From an uncultured virus (IMG/VR IMGVR_UViG_3300005663_000032) (Duplodnaviria; Heunggongvirae; Uroviricota; Caudoviricetes): a stretch of DNA of 64,000 nt. Location: IMG/VR virus record IMGVR_UViG_3300005663_000032, one strand, 5' to 3'. Each line of letters begins with the position of its first letter. Position 1 is the stretch's first letter. The notes below the pieces were generated by a model. The model had not been told where the DNA came from. It worked only from the letters and a program-made list of their open reading frames with translations, and did no database searches. Made by a program: the position numbers and the translations under genes. Shown piece after piece: positions 1-9,631 of this stretch.

Positions 1-549
1 CGGGAAGAATATCTAGAATATTAAATTATTTTTTATATTTAGTCAAGAATTTTTTATTACATTTTAATTTTTTATTACCCGGTTAATTCATAAAAATATT
101 TTAACCTCAAAAAACACAGGATTTATTGAAAAAATCGTATAACTGAATATCGATACTATCAGAAAACATTTCCCCTGTCAGGATAGATTCGGTCAAGATT
201 GATCCCTCCTGTATCCCCCTTAATAAGGGGGGTCAGGGGGTTGTCTTAAACAACAAAAACATTATTATCGTTCTGACCAGAATGTGGGTCACTCTTTTCC
301 AAACACCTAACTGCAATTCATTTGGCTCGCCTATAAAACTCAGTCCACATCAGTCCGTCTAACACCAGCAGCCCTAGTCGCGTTTATCCGCCTACTTTAT
401 TATATTTCCTAAAAAACAGCCGGACTGTTTCGGATCGTAGGTCTCAGCCCAATACTCAACAGAATAGCTAAGAATTACACCTATGGATAACCAAGCGAGG
501 AATTTCTGTCTAGGATGAGAAAACTATTGGCAATGTTTATAATCACGTT

Positions 550-768
550 ATGTGTATTGCAAATGTGGATATCACTAAGGCATTAATCTATTTTCATAGC
601 AGTTGGGCTATCGCGCTAATAATTCAATATCTATATTTTGGGTTCGCGTTGGGAACACTTAATTTGATATTAGGATGGTTTCCAATATATCTTATCGGTT
701 TACTCGTAATATTTGCGACCTATTCGGCAGTTGAACCAGAAGTAGAGAAAACGATCCCCAATATTTAA
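550..768 (+). CDS. small membrane protein, hypothetical
   Basis: 72-aa hydrophobic ORF downstream of TATA-like TTTATAA. Confidence 0.5.
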   Translation: MCIANVDITKALIYFHSSWAIALIIQYLYFGFALGTLNLILGWFPIYLIGLLVIFATYSAVEPEVEKTIPNI

Positions 769-792
769 ATTCATAAAACCTAACTATAATAT

Positions 793-1371
793 ATGACAAA
801 ACACGAAGTATTCCATTTTGTAGATACATTTGAAGGAGCGTCTGCTTTTCTTTTTGCGGTATTTATAAGATTAAAAGGTCTAACTGCAATCCCGGCAAAA
901 GTTCGGGTGGATGAAATCACACACAAATATCGCGTGAGTATTCATAAAAACGAAAGATGGGATCAATTAACAGAAGGAACAAAACAATCTATTGATGCGA
1001 AACACAAATTGATAACCGAAAAAATGAAAGAACTTGATGCCTCTCGACTTCAAAATTTTGAGGAAAATGGGGTTCGCCCACCACTTCATTCCAACAACCA
1101 AGATTTATTAATGCTAATGGCTCCTAATATCTCCGAGGAACTGATCGCAGCGTCTACAGACTATAACCTGCCTGAACTTAAATGTGAAAAATGTGCCATA
1201 TATTTTCTTTATGAAGAAGAAATAATGGACACAATAAGAAATAAATTTCAGGCAGGTTATATTTTCAATTCACTTTCAGAATATTATTTAGAACTAGAAC
1301 ACACTGAACTCCCTCCAACACTGGGCGTGGTGGCTAAATTAAAGAAACTTTTAAAAATTGGAAGAAGTTGA
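793..1371 (+). CDS. hypothetical protein
   Basis: 192-aa ORF with one CxxC; no family recognised. Confidence 0.7.
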   Translation: MTKHEVFHFVDTFEGASAFLFAVFIRLKGLTAIPAKVRVDEITHKYRVSIHKNERWDQLTEGTKQSIDAKHKLITEKMKELDASRLQNFEENGVRPPLHSNNQDLLMLMAPNISEELIAASTDYNLPELKCEKCAIYFLYEEEIMDTIRNKFQAGYIFNSLSEYYLELEHTELPPTLGVVAKLKKLLKIGRS

Positions 1372-1411
1372 TTACTAATATTTATATTCACAAATTACAA
1401 TTGACTACTAG

Positions 1412-2014
1412 ATGACGGAAGAAACTGATTCAACTAAGGAAAAAGAAATAACAAAACTTGAAAAAATATGGTATTTATTTGCCAAGATGATTCTCATCAC
1501 CTTTTTTACTGCAAATGTGTTAGTTGCATATGAATTAATAACTGGCAACAGTGATTGGGATGCTACCTTATTGCCCGGACTAAAATTTAGCACAGTTGCC
1601 TATATGGGTTTAGGAATTGCGATAATGATAGTTGTGCTGTATATTGCACTAGAAATAATATTGCCGCGGATTCCCGAATCTATAATGGCGAGATATGAGG
1701 CAATTCCAGAAAAAGAAACTTTGGTAGGTGGGGGCATATTTGCCTATCTAGGTATTATGATGGCTAGTGCTGGCTGGTGGTATATTGGGGCCCCTGCTAT
1801 TGTGGTGATACTATGGATATACATATTTTTTGCTCAAAGAACTTTAAGAGTTGCGCGATCGAGGGCAAAAATTCCCGAATATCGAGAAGAACTCATAGAG
1901 ACATTCAATCACCTTTATGGATTGGAAAAAAAGCCAGACATAGCAACTGAGGCAGAGATGATTGAACTCAATCGATTGGTTGCAAAACTAAATGAACGAG
2001 TTGGAATTGTCTAA
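1412..2014 (+). CDS. multi-pass membrane protein
   Basis: About 4 hydrophobic segments and a charged C-terminus. Confidence 0.75.
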   Translation: MTEETDSTKEKEITKLEKIWYLFAKMILITFFTANVLVAYELITGNSDWDATLLPGLKFSTVAYMGLGIAIMIVVLYIALEIILPRIPESIMARYEAIPEKETLVGGGIFAYLGIMMASAGWWYIGAPAIVVILWIYIFFAQRTLRVARSRAKIPEYREELIETFNHLYGLEKKPDIATEAEMIELNRLVAKLNERVGIV

Positions 2015-2320
2015 ATGGTTGGAATTCCATTAGCTGATTTTCCATTCATTCATGTTACTTTGCATGAACCTGAGTGCGAATGTTATTCTCCCGCAAAACG
2101 AGTTGTTATTTATCCTGCAAAATATGATAAGAAGGACGTGATACATATTCGTGATTTGCATCAGTCTTTCTTTAATAGATTGCTTCACGGGACAAAATGG
2201 CGACCAATCGATAATGCTACTCGCAACAAACTAACTTCTGTAGTTCTTTCAATTTATGAAAAAGAGACTTGGGTTGCATTGGAATTTATAGAATATAGCT
2301 GTGATACAAATGAAAAATAA
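2015..2320 (+). CDS. hypothetical protein
   Basis: Abuts upstream stop (TAAATG). Confidence 0.6.
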   Translation: MVGIPLADFPFIHVTLHEPECECYSPAKRVVIYPAKYDKKDVIHIRDLHQSFFNRLLHGTKWRPIDNATRNKLTSVVLSIYEKETWVALEFIEYSCDTNEK

Positions 2321-2564
2321 AATGAAAAATAACGAAATAACCTCAACCGTATTTTCTTACGATAGACAAAACGCTATCGAGGCATACAAAAAGAAACTAG
2401 CCGAGATTGGAGAACAAATCAGGATAGAGCGCAACTCAATTCTCATACGATCAACCAAAAGTGCAGAAGATCCATACTGGTCAAAATACGACCAATTAAT
2501 TCTTGAGGAAGCAAAACATAAGAAAACAGATCCTCGCATACCAAATATGCTTAAAATAATTTAA
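2301..2564 (+). CDS. hypothetical protein
   Basis: 87-aa ORF overlapping the previous stop; start probably 2310 or 2322. Confidence 0.55.
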   Translation: MIQMKNKMKNNEITSTVFSYDRQNAIEAYKKKLAEIGEQIRIERNSILIRSTKSAEDPYWSKYDQLILEEAKHKKTDPRIPNMLKII

Positions 2565-2607
2565 ACAAATGCAAAAACCTTTCATATAAGTGAACAAAAC
2601 ATAACAT

Positions 2608-3174
2608 ATGAAGATTAACTACCTGTTGTTCATCGTACTTGGTACGATATTAATGAGCACACTTAACGCATCCGCATGGTCAATAACAGATCAACCCGGT
2701 GATCAATCATGGGTCTCAACAAAAACACAGGCCGTTCGTGTAACCTACAAAACAGATGCTGTTAATGTAGGTATTCAGGCAGTAGTTCAGCGAACTCCAA
2801 TTGATTCAATCAGTGATACATGTGATCCTGGCTCATCTTCCGGTTCAACTATTGGTGGTGGGCATACTTGGTGGGGTGGTGATTTTGTGTTAGATTTGAG
2901 GGCTCAAATGAATTATCGCATGAGTCTGGACAAGTATGACGATCCAAACATTGCATTTGATACCGAAGATGGAAATGGATATATCTGTGTATTAATTAAA
3001 GTAAAATTTATCTCGCAAACTGGCAGCATATGGTCGAACGAAATACGGGTGAAAGTTTACAAATTAGAGGTGCCCTCGGGTGGCTTATTCGCGGTACCAT
3101 TACCTATATACGTTCCAATAATCGCTTTGGGTATGTTAGTATTAATTAAGAAGAAAAAGAAATTCAACTATTAA
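2608..3174 (+). CDS. secreted protein with C-terminal Pro-motif/TM/basic sorting signal
   Basis: N-terminal signal peptide; ends VPLPIYVPIIALGMLVLIKKKKK. Confidence 0.75.
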   Translation: MKINYLLFIVLGTILMSTLNASAWSITDQPGDQSWVSTKTQAVRVTYKTDAVNVGIQAVVQRTPIDSISDTCDPGSSSGSTIGGGHTWWGGDFVLDLRAQMNYRMSLDKYDDPNIAFDTEDGNGYICVLIKVKFISQTGSIWSNEIRVKVYKLEVPSGGLFAVPLPIYVPIIALGMLVLIKKKKKFNY

Positions 3175-3247
3175 TAATTCGGCATTTATCTAAATTTCGG
3201 CTTTTGGGACAGGCGAAAATAATTCGCTACAAGGGGCCAAAATATAA

Positions 3248-3508
3248 GTGATCGGCAGATTTATAATTGGATTAAACATTATTGAAAATAATATGAAAAA
3301 GAAAAAAATTTGGGGGATAAACGATCATGTGCTAGAAACAACAATCATTCAAAACTGTTTAAGAATTGCATTTGCTAGAAATAAAAAAATAGAAGAAGAA
3401 TGGATAAACGCCCATGTAGATTTTCTAAAGAACCCACTTACAAAAATGATATTAGAAGATATTAGAAATATGAAAAATGAAGTTTTATTGGGAATGGGAA
3501 ACATCTAA
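3248..3508 (+). CDS. hypothetical protein
   Basis: ORF; start probably ATG 3293. Confidence 0.45.
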   Translation: MIGRFIIGLNIIENNMKKKKIWGINDHVLETTIIQNCLRIAFARNKKIEEEWINAHVDFLKNPLTKMILEDIRNMKNEVLLGMGNI

Positions 3509-3753
3509 CAAAAAGATTTGTAAATTACACATTAAAGAAATGGAAAAAATCACTAGTCCCATTTAGCACCAGCCATTTTTTAATCAAACCGCTGAAATAA
3601 CAACATTAATAGAAAGCCGGACGCTGTAATTCTGTCAGTCAGTTTCATCATTTTTCCAAAATGAAATTGTGGCCTTTCGGTAGTCCTTTTCGCTCATTCC
3701 TACAAGATCTAACAATTCGGTAAAACTGCCAATCTTTTTCTCGAAGTAGAAAA

Positions 3754-4314
3754 TTATGTCTGGGGATTTTTTATTGTTGTCCAGATGGGTTTGATATTGG
3801 GTTTATACGTAGGATCAAATCGATGCCTGTTTGCAACAATCGAATAATAATGGGCGTCTGTAATATTATAGCGTTTCCAAGGTTTACTATTACGTGGTTC
3901 TGGATATTTTCTTCTAATTTCATCCACATCATGTTTGGTCAATTTACTGCCTTTATTTTTTCTTTTTTTCCTATTCTTTAAAAAATGCTGGACATTTTCT
4001 AGATGTGTCACCCATTCAAGATTTTCTACTCTATTATCGTCCTTAATTAGATTTTTATGGTTAACATATGGCTTATTTTCTGGATTCGGTATGAATGCCT
4101 GTGCTACCAGTTGTTGCACACTGATCTGTCTTATAATTTTGTTTTTTGTTAATGTTGCTCTCACATATCCTTTTCTATATCGAGGACTCATCACCTTCCT
4201 TCTTCTATGACTAAACACATTACCTCTTTTATCTATGGAATACAATCCCTCATATCCTAATATGTCTTTCATAAGATATAATTGTACAAACCTTCTTTTA
4301 AAGCTGTTCACCAA
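3754..4314 (-). CDS. NUMOD4-HNH homing endonuclease
   Basis: KDILGYEGLYSIDKRGNV (NUMOD4) and LVAQAFIPNPENKPYVNHKNLIKDDNRVENLEW (HNH); likely start MKDIL at 4272. Confidence 0.9.
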   Translation of the reverse strand: MVNSFKRRFVQLYLMKDILGYEGLYSIDKRGNVFSHRRRKVMSPRYRKGYVRATLTKNKIIRQISVQQLVAQAFIPNPENKPYVNHKNLIKDDNRVENLEWVTHLENVQHFLKNRKKRKNKGSKLTKHDVDEIRRKYPEPRNSKPWKRYNITDAHYYSIVANRHRFDPTYKPNIKPIWTTIKNPQT

Positions 4315-4412
4315 TGTTTAGTCGATCGCTTTACACCCTCTTACACAAACAATAACATAATACTCTTACAATTGAAAATAACATTTAAATAATTACTAAC
4401 TAAATAATTCTC

Positions 4413-4580
4413 ATGGAAAAACGCCTAGTAGTTCAAGTATTGTTATTAGATGAATATGTTGACATGTTCAAAGCAGCAAAAAAAACAGATGAAAACGTTG
4501 ATCGTCCAAACGCGTCAATAATGAGATTGGCACTGAAAAAATATTACGATGATTACGTTCCTGATGAGTTGAAGAAATGA
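4413..4580 (+). CDS. ribbon-helix-helix-like DNA-binding protein (55 aa, not in ORF track)
   Basis: Hand translation MEKRLVVQVLLLDEYVDMFKAAKKTDENVDRPNASIMRLALKKYYDDYVPDELKK; strand-helix-helix pattern; ATGA overlap with next gene. Confidence 0.65.
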   Translation: MEKRLVVQVLLLDEYVDMFKAAKKTDENVDRPNASIMRLALKKYYDDYVPDELKK

Positions 4581-5074
4581 ATTTACCTCCTACTGAATAT
4601 GTCATACTTGGAATTATTGGGGTGATAATATTTATAATAATAATTCTCAATACCACTGAAGAAAAAATAGAAGCTCGCAAAGAAAAGACAAAAGAAAAGA
4701 CAAAAGAAAAGACAAAAGAAAAGACAAAAGCTCGCATACAAACCCCTGCAATGATACAACACCAAAAACGCCGACAAGAAGTAAATATTGAAAACGCTCG
4801 CCGAAAATCTATGATCAAACGCGAGGGTGTTCAACTTGGACCAATATTAGGCATATGGGTTGTTGCAATATTTATTTCACTTGCCGCAACATTTTCCTCT
4901 GACATTGCACTTATAATATTTTTTTTATTCCTTAATTTCTTTGCGATGCTATTATTAATGCACACGATTGATAAAAACTTCAATAAAATAAATGAACGGA
5001 TAGTTGACATTGTTTCTATTTACGATAAAAACTTCAAAAATCTAGATTTAAAAATTAATTCCAAAAAGAAATAG
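4577..5074 (+). CDS. membrane protein with KEKT tandem repeat
   Basis: 3 TM segments; (KEKT)x4. Confidence 0.7.
   Translation: MNLPPTEYVILGIIGVIIFIIIILNTTEEKIEARKEKTKEKTKEKTKEKTKARIQTPAMIQHQKRRQEVNIENARRKSMIKREGVQLGPILGIWVVAIFISLAATFSSDIALIIFFLFLNFFAMLLLMHTIDKNFNKINERIVDIVSIYDKNFKNLDLKINSKKK
4679..4726 (+). repeat. perfect 12-bp tandem repeat x4 (AAAGAAAAGACA)
   Basis: Read directly; in frame. Confidence 0.95.
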
Positions 5075-5906
5075 TGGTTTTTCTATACTCCTCTTCACTC
5101 AATCCTGCAAGATCAAGTAATTCAGTAAAACTATCAATTTTTTTATCGAAACAAAGTGCGAGATATGGACAGAATTTCTTCTGGCACATCCAACTATAGA
5201 AATTACTTGGATGTAATACTGGGGGTAGCTTATTTTTATTCAGATTCTCATACATTATTTTTCCGATATTACTTCTCTGGTCCAGTCGTTCCTGATCAAA
5301 ATCATAGACCATAATCTTCCAATACTTGGGGTTAATTATATCCAGCAATCTTGGATCAGAATAATTACGATCCACATACCAGAGTGCTCCCAATACACTT
5401 TTGTCGGGAAATTGTTTTTTTATGTAGGCAAGATAGAACATTAATTGACCGTAGTGATGTTGCTTGAATGATGCTTCTTTTATGTTCTTTACTGTCTTGA
5501 TATCAATAACAATGATATGTTCATTTCCATACATATCGATTACTTCCACAACAAGTAAATCATAATGCCCAATTATTCCTAAACCATATGTATCTTTTAA
5601 GTCTAAACGCACTTCTCCCTCAATCTCCACATTTTTAATCATCTCTCTTATCAAACCCTGTAATGCATAATGAACGAGAGTTCCAGTTAATGATGCATAC
5701 TGCATGAATTCAGAAGCTCTCCACGCAAGCACATTATCAAACACGCTTTTTCGATTACAAAGCCCCCCTCCTATTGAAGATGCACGATTGGTTCCATCTA
5801 ACAGATTAACTTTATAGGCATTGGAGGTAACTGCTTTTGCAATTGCATGGAACAAAACCTTCTCGATTTCTTCTGCAATAAATTCCTTATTCTCGTCTGT
5901 AGTCAA
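5055..5906 (-). CDS. Cas4-like PD-(D/E)xK exonuclease (solo, no CRISPR locus)
   Basis: RASSIG..LCNRK, GTLVH, GHYDLL, IDIKT, QLMFY and C-terminal CQKKFCPYLALC Fe-S cysteines. Confidence 0.85.
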   Translation of the reverse strand: MTTDENKEFIAEEIEKVLFHAIAKAVTSNAYKVNLLDGTNRASSIGGGLCNRKSVFDNVLAWRASEFMQYASLTGTLVHYALQGLIREMIKNVEIEGEVRLDLKDTYGLGIIGHYDLLVVEVIDMYGNEHIIVIDIKTVKNIKEASFKQHHYGQLMFYLAYIKKQFPDKSVLGALWYVDRNYSDPRLLDIINPKYWKIMVYDFDQERLDQRSNIGKIMYENLNKNKLPPVLHPSNFYSWMCQKKFCPYLALCFDKKIDSFTELLDLAGLSEEEYRKTTISFWN

Positions 5907-6006
5907 CTATATCTACACATTTTTCATTATCTATAAAACATACTTTGTCACGAGAAATTTAAACACATGAATAAACTATAAATAAGGCGACTATTGTATT
6001 AGAATT

Positions 6007-6246
6007 ATGGCAGGTAAAGAACGCCAAAAAACAATAAACGTAAAACACGGACGCAAGAATCACCAACTCACATTTGTCAGATCCGCAGATGATAAGGTGA
6101 AGAGAGATAAAGCAGTTAAGGGTATGAAAGGTCCTAAAGGAGACTACAAGAAAGGCCTTGTTAGATCCAGAAAAGTCAAATCCAGAACCGAGAAGGGCGG
6201 AGTCTCGTACCGAATCTATGGTAAGAAAAGATTAGGCAAAAAGTAG
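6007..6246 (+). CDS. small highly basic protein, possible nucleic-acid-binding/core protein
   Basis: 79 aa, K/R rich, behind the AAACACATG promoter motif. Confidence 0.7.
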   Translation: MAGKERQKTINVKHGRKNHQLTFVRSADDKVKRDKAVKGMKGPKGDYKKGLVRSRKVKSRTEKGGVSYRIYGKKRLGKK

Positions 6247-6254
6247 TGTAGCTC

Positions 6255-6584
6255 ATGGCTTACACCCTATTTGAGAAGATCATTACCTTCACCACTATAC
6301 TAACTATTACTATTCTAAGTCTACATGCATTTGGTTTTTTTAATTTAGAACTCATCAATATATTTGACAACCTGTCGGGTCTATCTGGGATTTCTAAATA
6401 TCCAGTTATTGGTATGGGTATGGTTGGTGCTGTTTTTATGTTGGCGGGGATTTTTATTGCCGCTGCAATTGGTGGAAAAGGAAAAATAGGCAATGTTTCT
6501 AAGGATCGCAGTAACATGCAATCTGTAATCGTCGCATATGGTACTATCTGGGCGTTTATTATTGTCTTAATAATAATTGGATAA
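6255..6584 (+). CDS. small membrane protein
   Basis: 3 hydrophobic helices. Confidence 0.7.
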   Translation: MAYTLFEKIITFTTILTITILSLHAFGFFNLELINIFDNLSGLSGISKYPVIGMGMVGAVFMLAGIFIAAAIGGKGKIGNVSKDRSNMQSVIVAYGTIWAFIIVLIIIG

Positions 6585-6632
6585 AATTTAAAGATAACAA
6601 ATAACCTTTTTTGTAAGTAATTTATAATACAA

Positions 6633-7160
6633 TTGATGGCAGAAGTAACTTCATTCTTTAACACCTCACAAGGCTTCGAATTATTATTAACCGGAATCCT
6701 TTTACTGGCGATTTTCTTCATTGCGACAAGCCCTCGATTTAAAAAAACCAGATTTCTTGATATCATCGCATTCACAACTATGTATTCATATGTTGCAAGT
6801 GGTTTTTATCATCTAAGATACGGGCAACCACAGGGTTACACTGCCCCTCTGACTTTTACAGATAAAGCATCTGTATATGGCGGGGCGTGGTATTCAATAT
6901 TATTACTAGTAATATTCATGATCGTATATGCAATAAAATTTCCGCAAGTTATGGATCTCAATAGGGAAAAACGAGATGTTCATATTTATACACTTGGTGT
7001 GATTATTATGTCGGTGCTAATGTGGGCTATGGTATTATATGAAATAATTCCAATTACTCCTTCATTTCCAATGGACTTTAGGGAGACTTTTGTTACATGG
7101 GCCCAGATCATAGGTGGCTCGTCTATTCTTCTGTATCATTTTGTATTGGAGGTGAAATAA
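6633..7160 (+). CDS. multi-pass membrane protein
   Basis: About 5 TM segments. Confidence 0.7.
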   Translation: MMAEVTSFFNTSQGFELLLTGILLLAIFFIATSPRFKKTRFLDIIAFTTMYSYVASGFYHLRYGQPQGYTAPLTFTDKASVYGGAWYSILLLVIFMIVYAIKFPQVMDLNREKRDVHIYTLGVIIMSVLMWAMVLYEIIPITPSFPMDFRETFVTWAQIIGGSSILLYHFVLEVK

Positions 7161-7161
7161 T

Positions 7162-7524
7162 ATGACTTCAATGGAAACATTCACAACTTTTTTTAATGAA
7201 CCGATTGGTATTGCAGTTGCAATCTCCGCGATCATCTTTGCCATCGCAATGGCTGTAGTTGGTGGAGGAAAGAATAAAAGATCCAAGAAAAATAATTTTG
7301 GAAAGAACCTAGTAATCACAACTGGTTTTGTCGGAGCAGGCATTATTGGTTTTGTATTTATAATTGCAATTTGGGCTGCACTGGCCGGAGGTACCGTTGT
7401 TATCGGTACTTGGATTGCCTTTGGTGAGGAACCATCTACCACATGGCAATGGATACTTGTACTACTCTCGGCTGTTACTTTACTATTACAATTAATATTT
7501 TTATTAATCGCTGCTAACAACTAA
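7162..7524 (+). CDS. small membrane protein
   Basis: 3 hydrophobic helices with a basic loop. Confidence 0.7.
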   Translation: MTSMETFTTFFNEPIGIAVAISAIIFAIAMAVVGGGKNKRSKKNNFGKNLVITTGFVGAGIIGFVFIIAIWAALAGGTVVIGTWIAFGEEPSTTWQWILVLLSAVTLLLQLIFLLIAANN

Positions 7525-8153
7525 TCTATAAATTCTGACTCATCTAATTTTTGACTCAACTTTATCCTTGAATTAATTGATCTACTATATGTCTTCCACA
7601 CCGCAACTAATAACGCGATAAATACAAAAACTACAGTACGCGAGGGTACTAAATTAAGCCCTGTTGGTAACTCTTCTATTATTCCTAATGGATCATTATC
7701 TCCCCATCCCCAAGACATAATAAATTCAAACCATACAAAGTCTCGATAAAAATCCATTACTTTTATCTCCCAAATAAGATTTCCATATATCTCGAGATCT
7801 CTCCCTGCCCACACATACCATGGCCCGTAGGCCTTGGACCCTTCTGCTTGACCATGATCATAATCTATCAATTCTCCATCCTCCTCATCAATTGTCTTAT
7901 GGGAATCAACAATCTTGAGATTATATCTAACATCTGGTTCTAACGTTTGAATAATTAGTCCTACTTCCCAACCCCTTGCCTTGGATAGGTTTCCAAGTTC
8001 AGTAATTATCACTACATATACAATAGTTTCATTAACTAAACCTGGAACACTATAAACTTGCACTCCTTCGCCACGTGCGGCTTCTTCGGCAAACCCAGTT
8101 GCACTAAATGGTGCGACTAACAAAATCATGCCCAGAAAGAAAAAATACTTCAT
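7521..8153 (-). CDS. secreted/TM-anchored protein, paralog of 45879..46556
   Basis: Shared GEG.Q.Y, ITEL.N.S.AR.WEV, GP..VWA, G.LIW, M.WGWG motifs. Confidence 0.8.
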   Translation of the reverse strand: MKYFFFLGMILLVAPFSATGFAEEAARGEGVQVYSVPGLVNETIVYVVIITELGNLSKARGWEVGLIIQTLEPDVRYNLKIVDSHKTIDEEDGELIDYDHGQAEGSKAYGPWYVWAGRDLEIYGNLIWEIKVMDFYRDFVWFEFIMSWGWGDNDPLGIIEELPTGLNLVPSRTVVFVFIALLVAVWKTYSRSINSRIKLSQKLDESEFID

Positions 8154-8235
8154 AACTACTTATTCGTCACAAATATTATAAAGTATGTTCTCCAACAAAA
8201 AAAATTTGAAGTTGAGAGTAATGTTTTATTATTAG

Positions 8236-8580
8236 TTGGTCCAAGATAACATAATGCGAGTAAGATTAAGATTAAGATTAACATTAATAATTATGATTAC
8301 AATTGGTTTGCTATATGTGACAACCGTTCCAAGTACTCCCCATGCATCGGTTTATGATGGACAAGATTCTGATTACGGTCAAGCAGCAATTAATTCAACA
8401 ACAACAACAATAAAAACCAATACAAAAACAGAAACCGAGACAACAAACAATCTGGAGATAAACGATTTTGATGATTTTCAGGAGTTTCTCGAGGAAAACT
8501 GGCTATTTATAGTCTTCATCATTCTATTTGTCTGGATACTATTTTCAGCCATGTATAAGGTAAAGAAACGAAATAATTAG
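8236..8580 (+). CDS. small secreted protein with Thr-rich linker and C-terminal TM
   Basis: Signal peptide, Thr-rich stretch, TM plus basic tail. Confidence 0.65.
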   Translation: MVQDNIMRVRLRLRLTLIIMITIGLLYVTTVPSTPHASVYDGQDSDYGQAAINSTTTTIKTNTKTETETTNNLEINDFDDFQEFLEENWLFIVFIILFVWILFSAMYKVKKRNN

Positions 8581-8628
8581 TAAGGTTTAAACCATAGTTT
8601 AAAAAAACTCACAGCTATAATTAGCATA

Positions 8629-9186
8629 ATGCAACTAACAACTAATAAAAAAATATTATTCGCAGCAACAATAACCTTAATCATCTCAGTCGGAATTTCA
8701 CAGATTATTTTACTTATGTTTTATCAACCATGGATCTCCTACAATCCCACTGCGGTCTCCCCATATGATATACAAACAAAAGTTAAGGTAACGATGTGGG
8801 ATAGTTCTATTGATTGGATTGATATACCACTAATTGAATTTCACACTGAAACGGATGAAGCAACAAGAATTCATCGCCACGTCTACAATTTTCAGGAGCT
8901 GCATATGGGTCTAGAAAAATACCTTGCAGAAGATAACGCCTCGCTCTTATTTGCGTTTGTATCATTAGTCTTTATGGTTGATAGTGTTGCATACGACGCA
9001 TTTCCTGAAGTATCTGCATTTTATATTATTGAGGATGTGGAATCGACTATTACTGGATTTCAACGAGATAGCGAAACAGGCAACACGCATTATTCAGAGG
9101 TCGATATCACACAACACGTGAACAGACTTGATCCTACCAAAATTGCTCAACGAGTGACTACCACAATTACACTATTCAACAGATAA
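8629..9186 (+). CDS. N-terminally anchored hypothetical protein
   Basis: Single N-terminal TM. Confidence 0.7.
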   Translation: MQLTTNKKILFAATITLIISVGISQIILLMFYQPWISYNPTAVSPYDIQTKVKVTMWDSSIDWIDIPLIEFHTETDEATRIHRHVYNFQELHMGLEKYLAEDNASLLFAFVSLVFMVDSVAYDAFPEVSAFYIIEDVESTITGFQRDSETGNTHYSEVDITQHVNRLDPTKIAQRVTTTITLFNR

Positions 9187-9279
9187 AAAATATATCCCGA
9201 CATAATTTTTTAACAAAGTGCAATTAGGTTGTCCAAACCCTTTTATCTATCGAGACATATTAATAGAGTGTGAGCGAAA

Positions 9280-9567
9280 ATGTCTTCACATTCCAAGAAT
9301 CAGATGCAGAGCATCAAAGTCATTCGTTATGGGATACGTGACGTTATACTCATCATTTTAGGGGAAAACAAGGTTCCTCTGTTCAAACCGCAATTGCTTT
9401 ACCAGATGAATCATTATGATTTGAGTTTTATTCCAGACGAGAACAAAATCAACGCAATACTGCAGAAACTAGCGAAACAAGGCCTCTTAGCTTATACCCT
9501 GATAGGTAACTCATATGGTGTTACTCTCACCAAGAAAGGCGAAACAGAATATAATATAATTCAATAA
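9280..9567 (+). CDS. winged-helix DNA-binding protein
   Basis: INAILQKLAKQGLL...YGVTLTKKG wHTH signature. Confidence 0.75.
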   Translation: MSSHSKNQMQSIKVIRYGIRDVILIILGENKVPLFKPQLLYQMNHYDLSFIPDENKINAILQKLAKQGLLAYTLIGNSYGVTLTKKGETEYNIIQ

Positions 9568-9631
9568 TTTACATTACATAAATTCAAACACATTGACAAA
9601 TTTTTAATAATTCTATCTACACATAGAAATT

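Noticed and set aside
5055..5906. CRISPR-Cas adaptation module
   Set aside because: Cas4-like gene is solo, as is common in archaeal viruses; no cas1/cas2 or array
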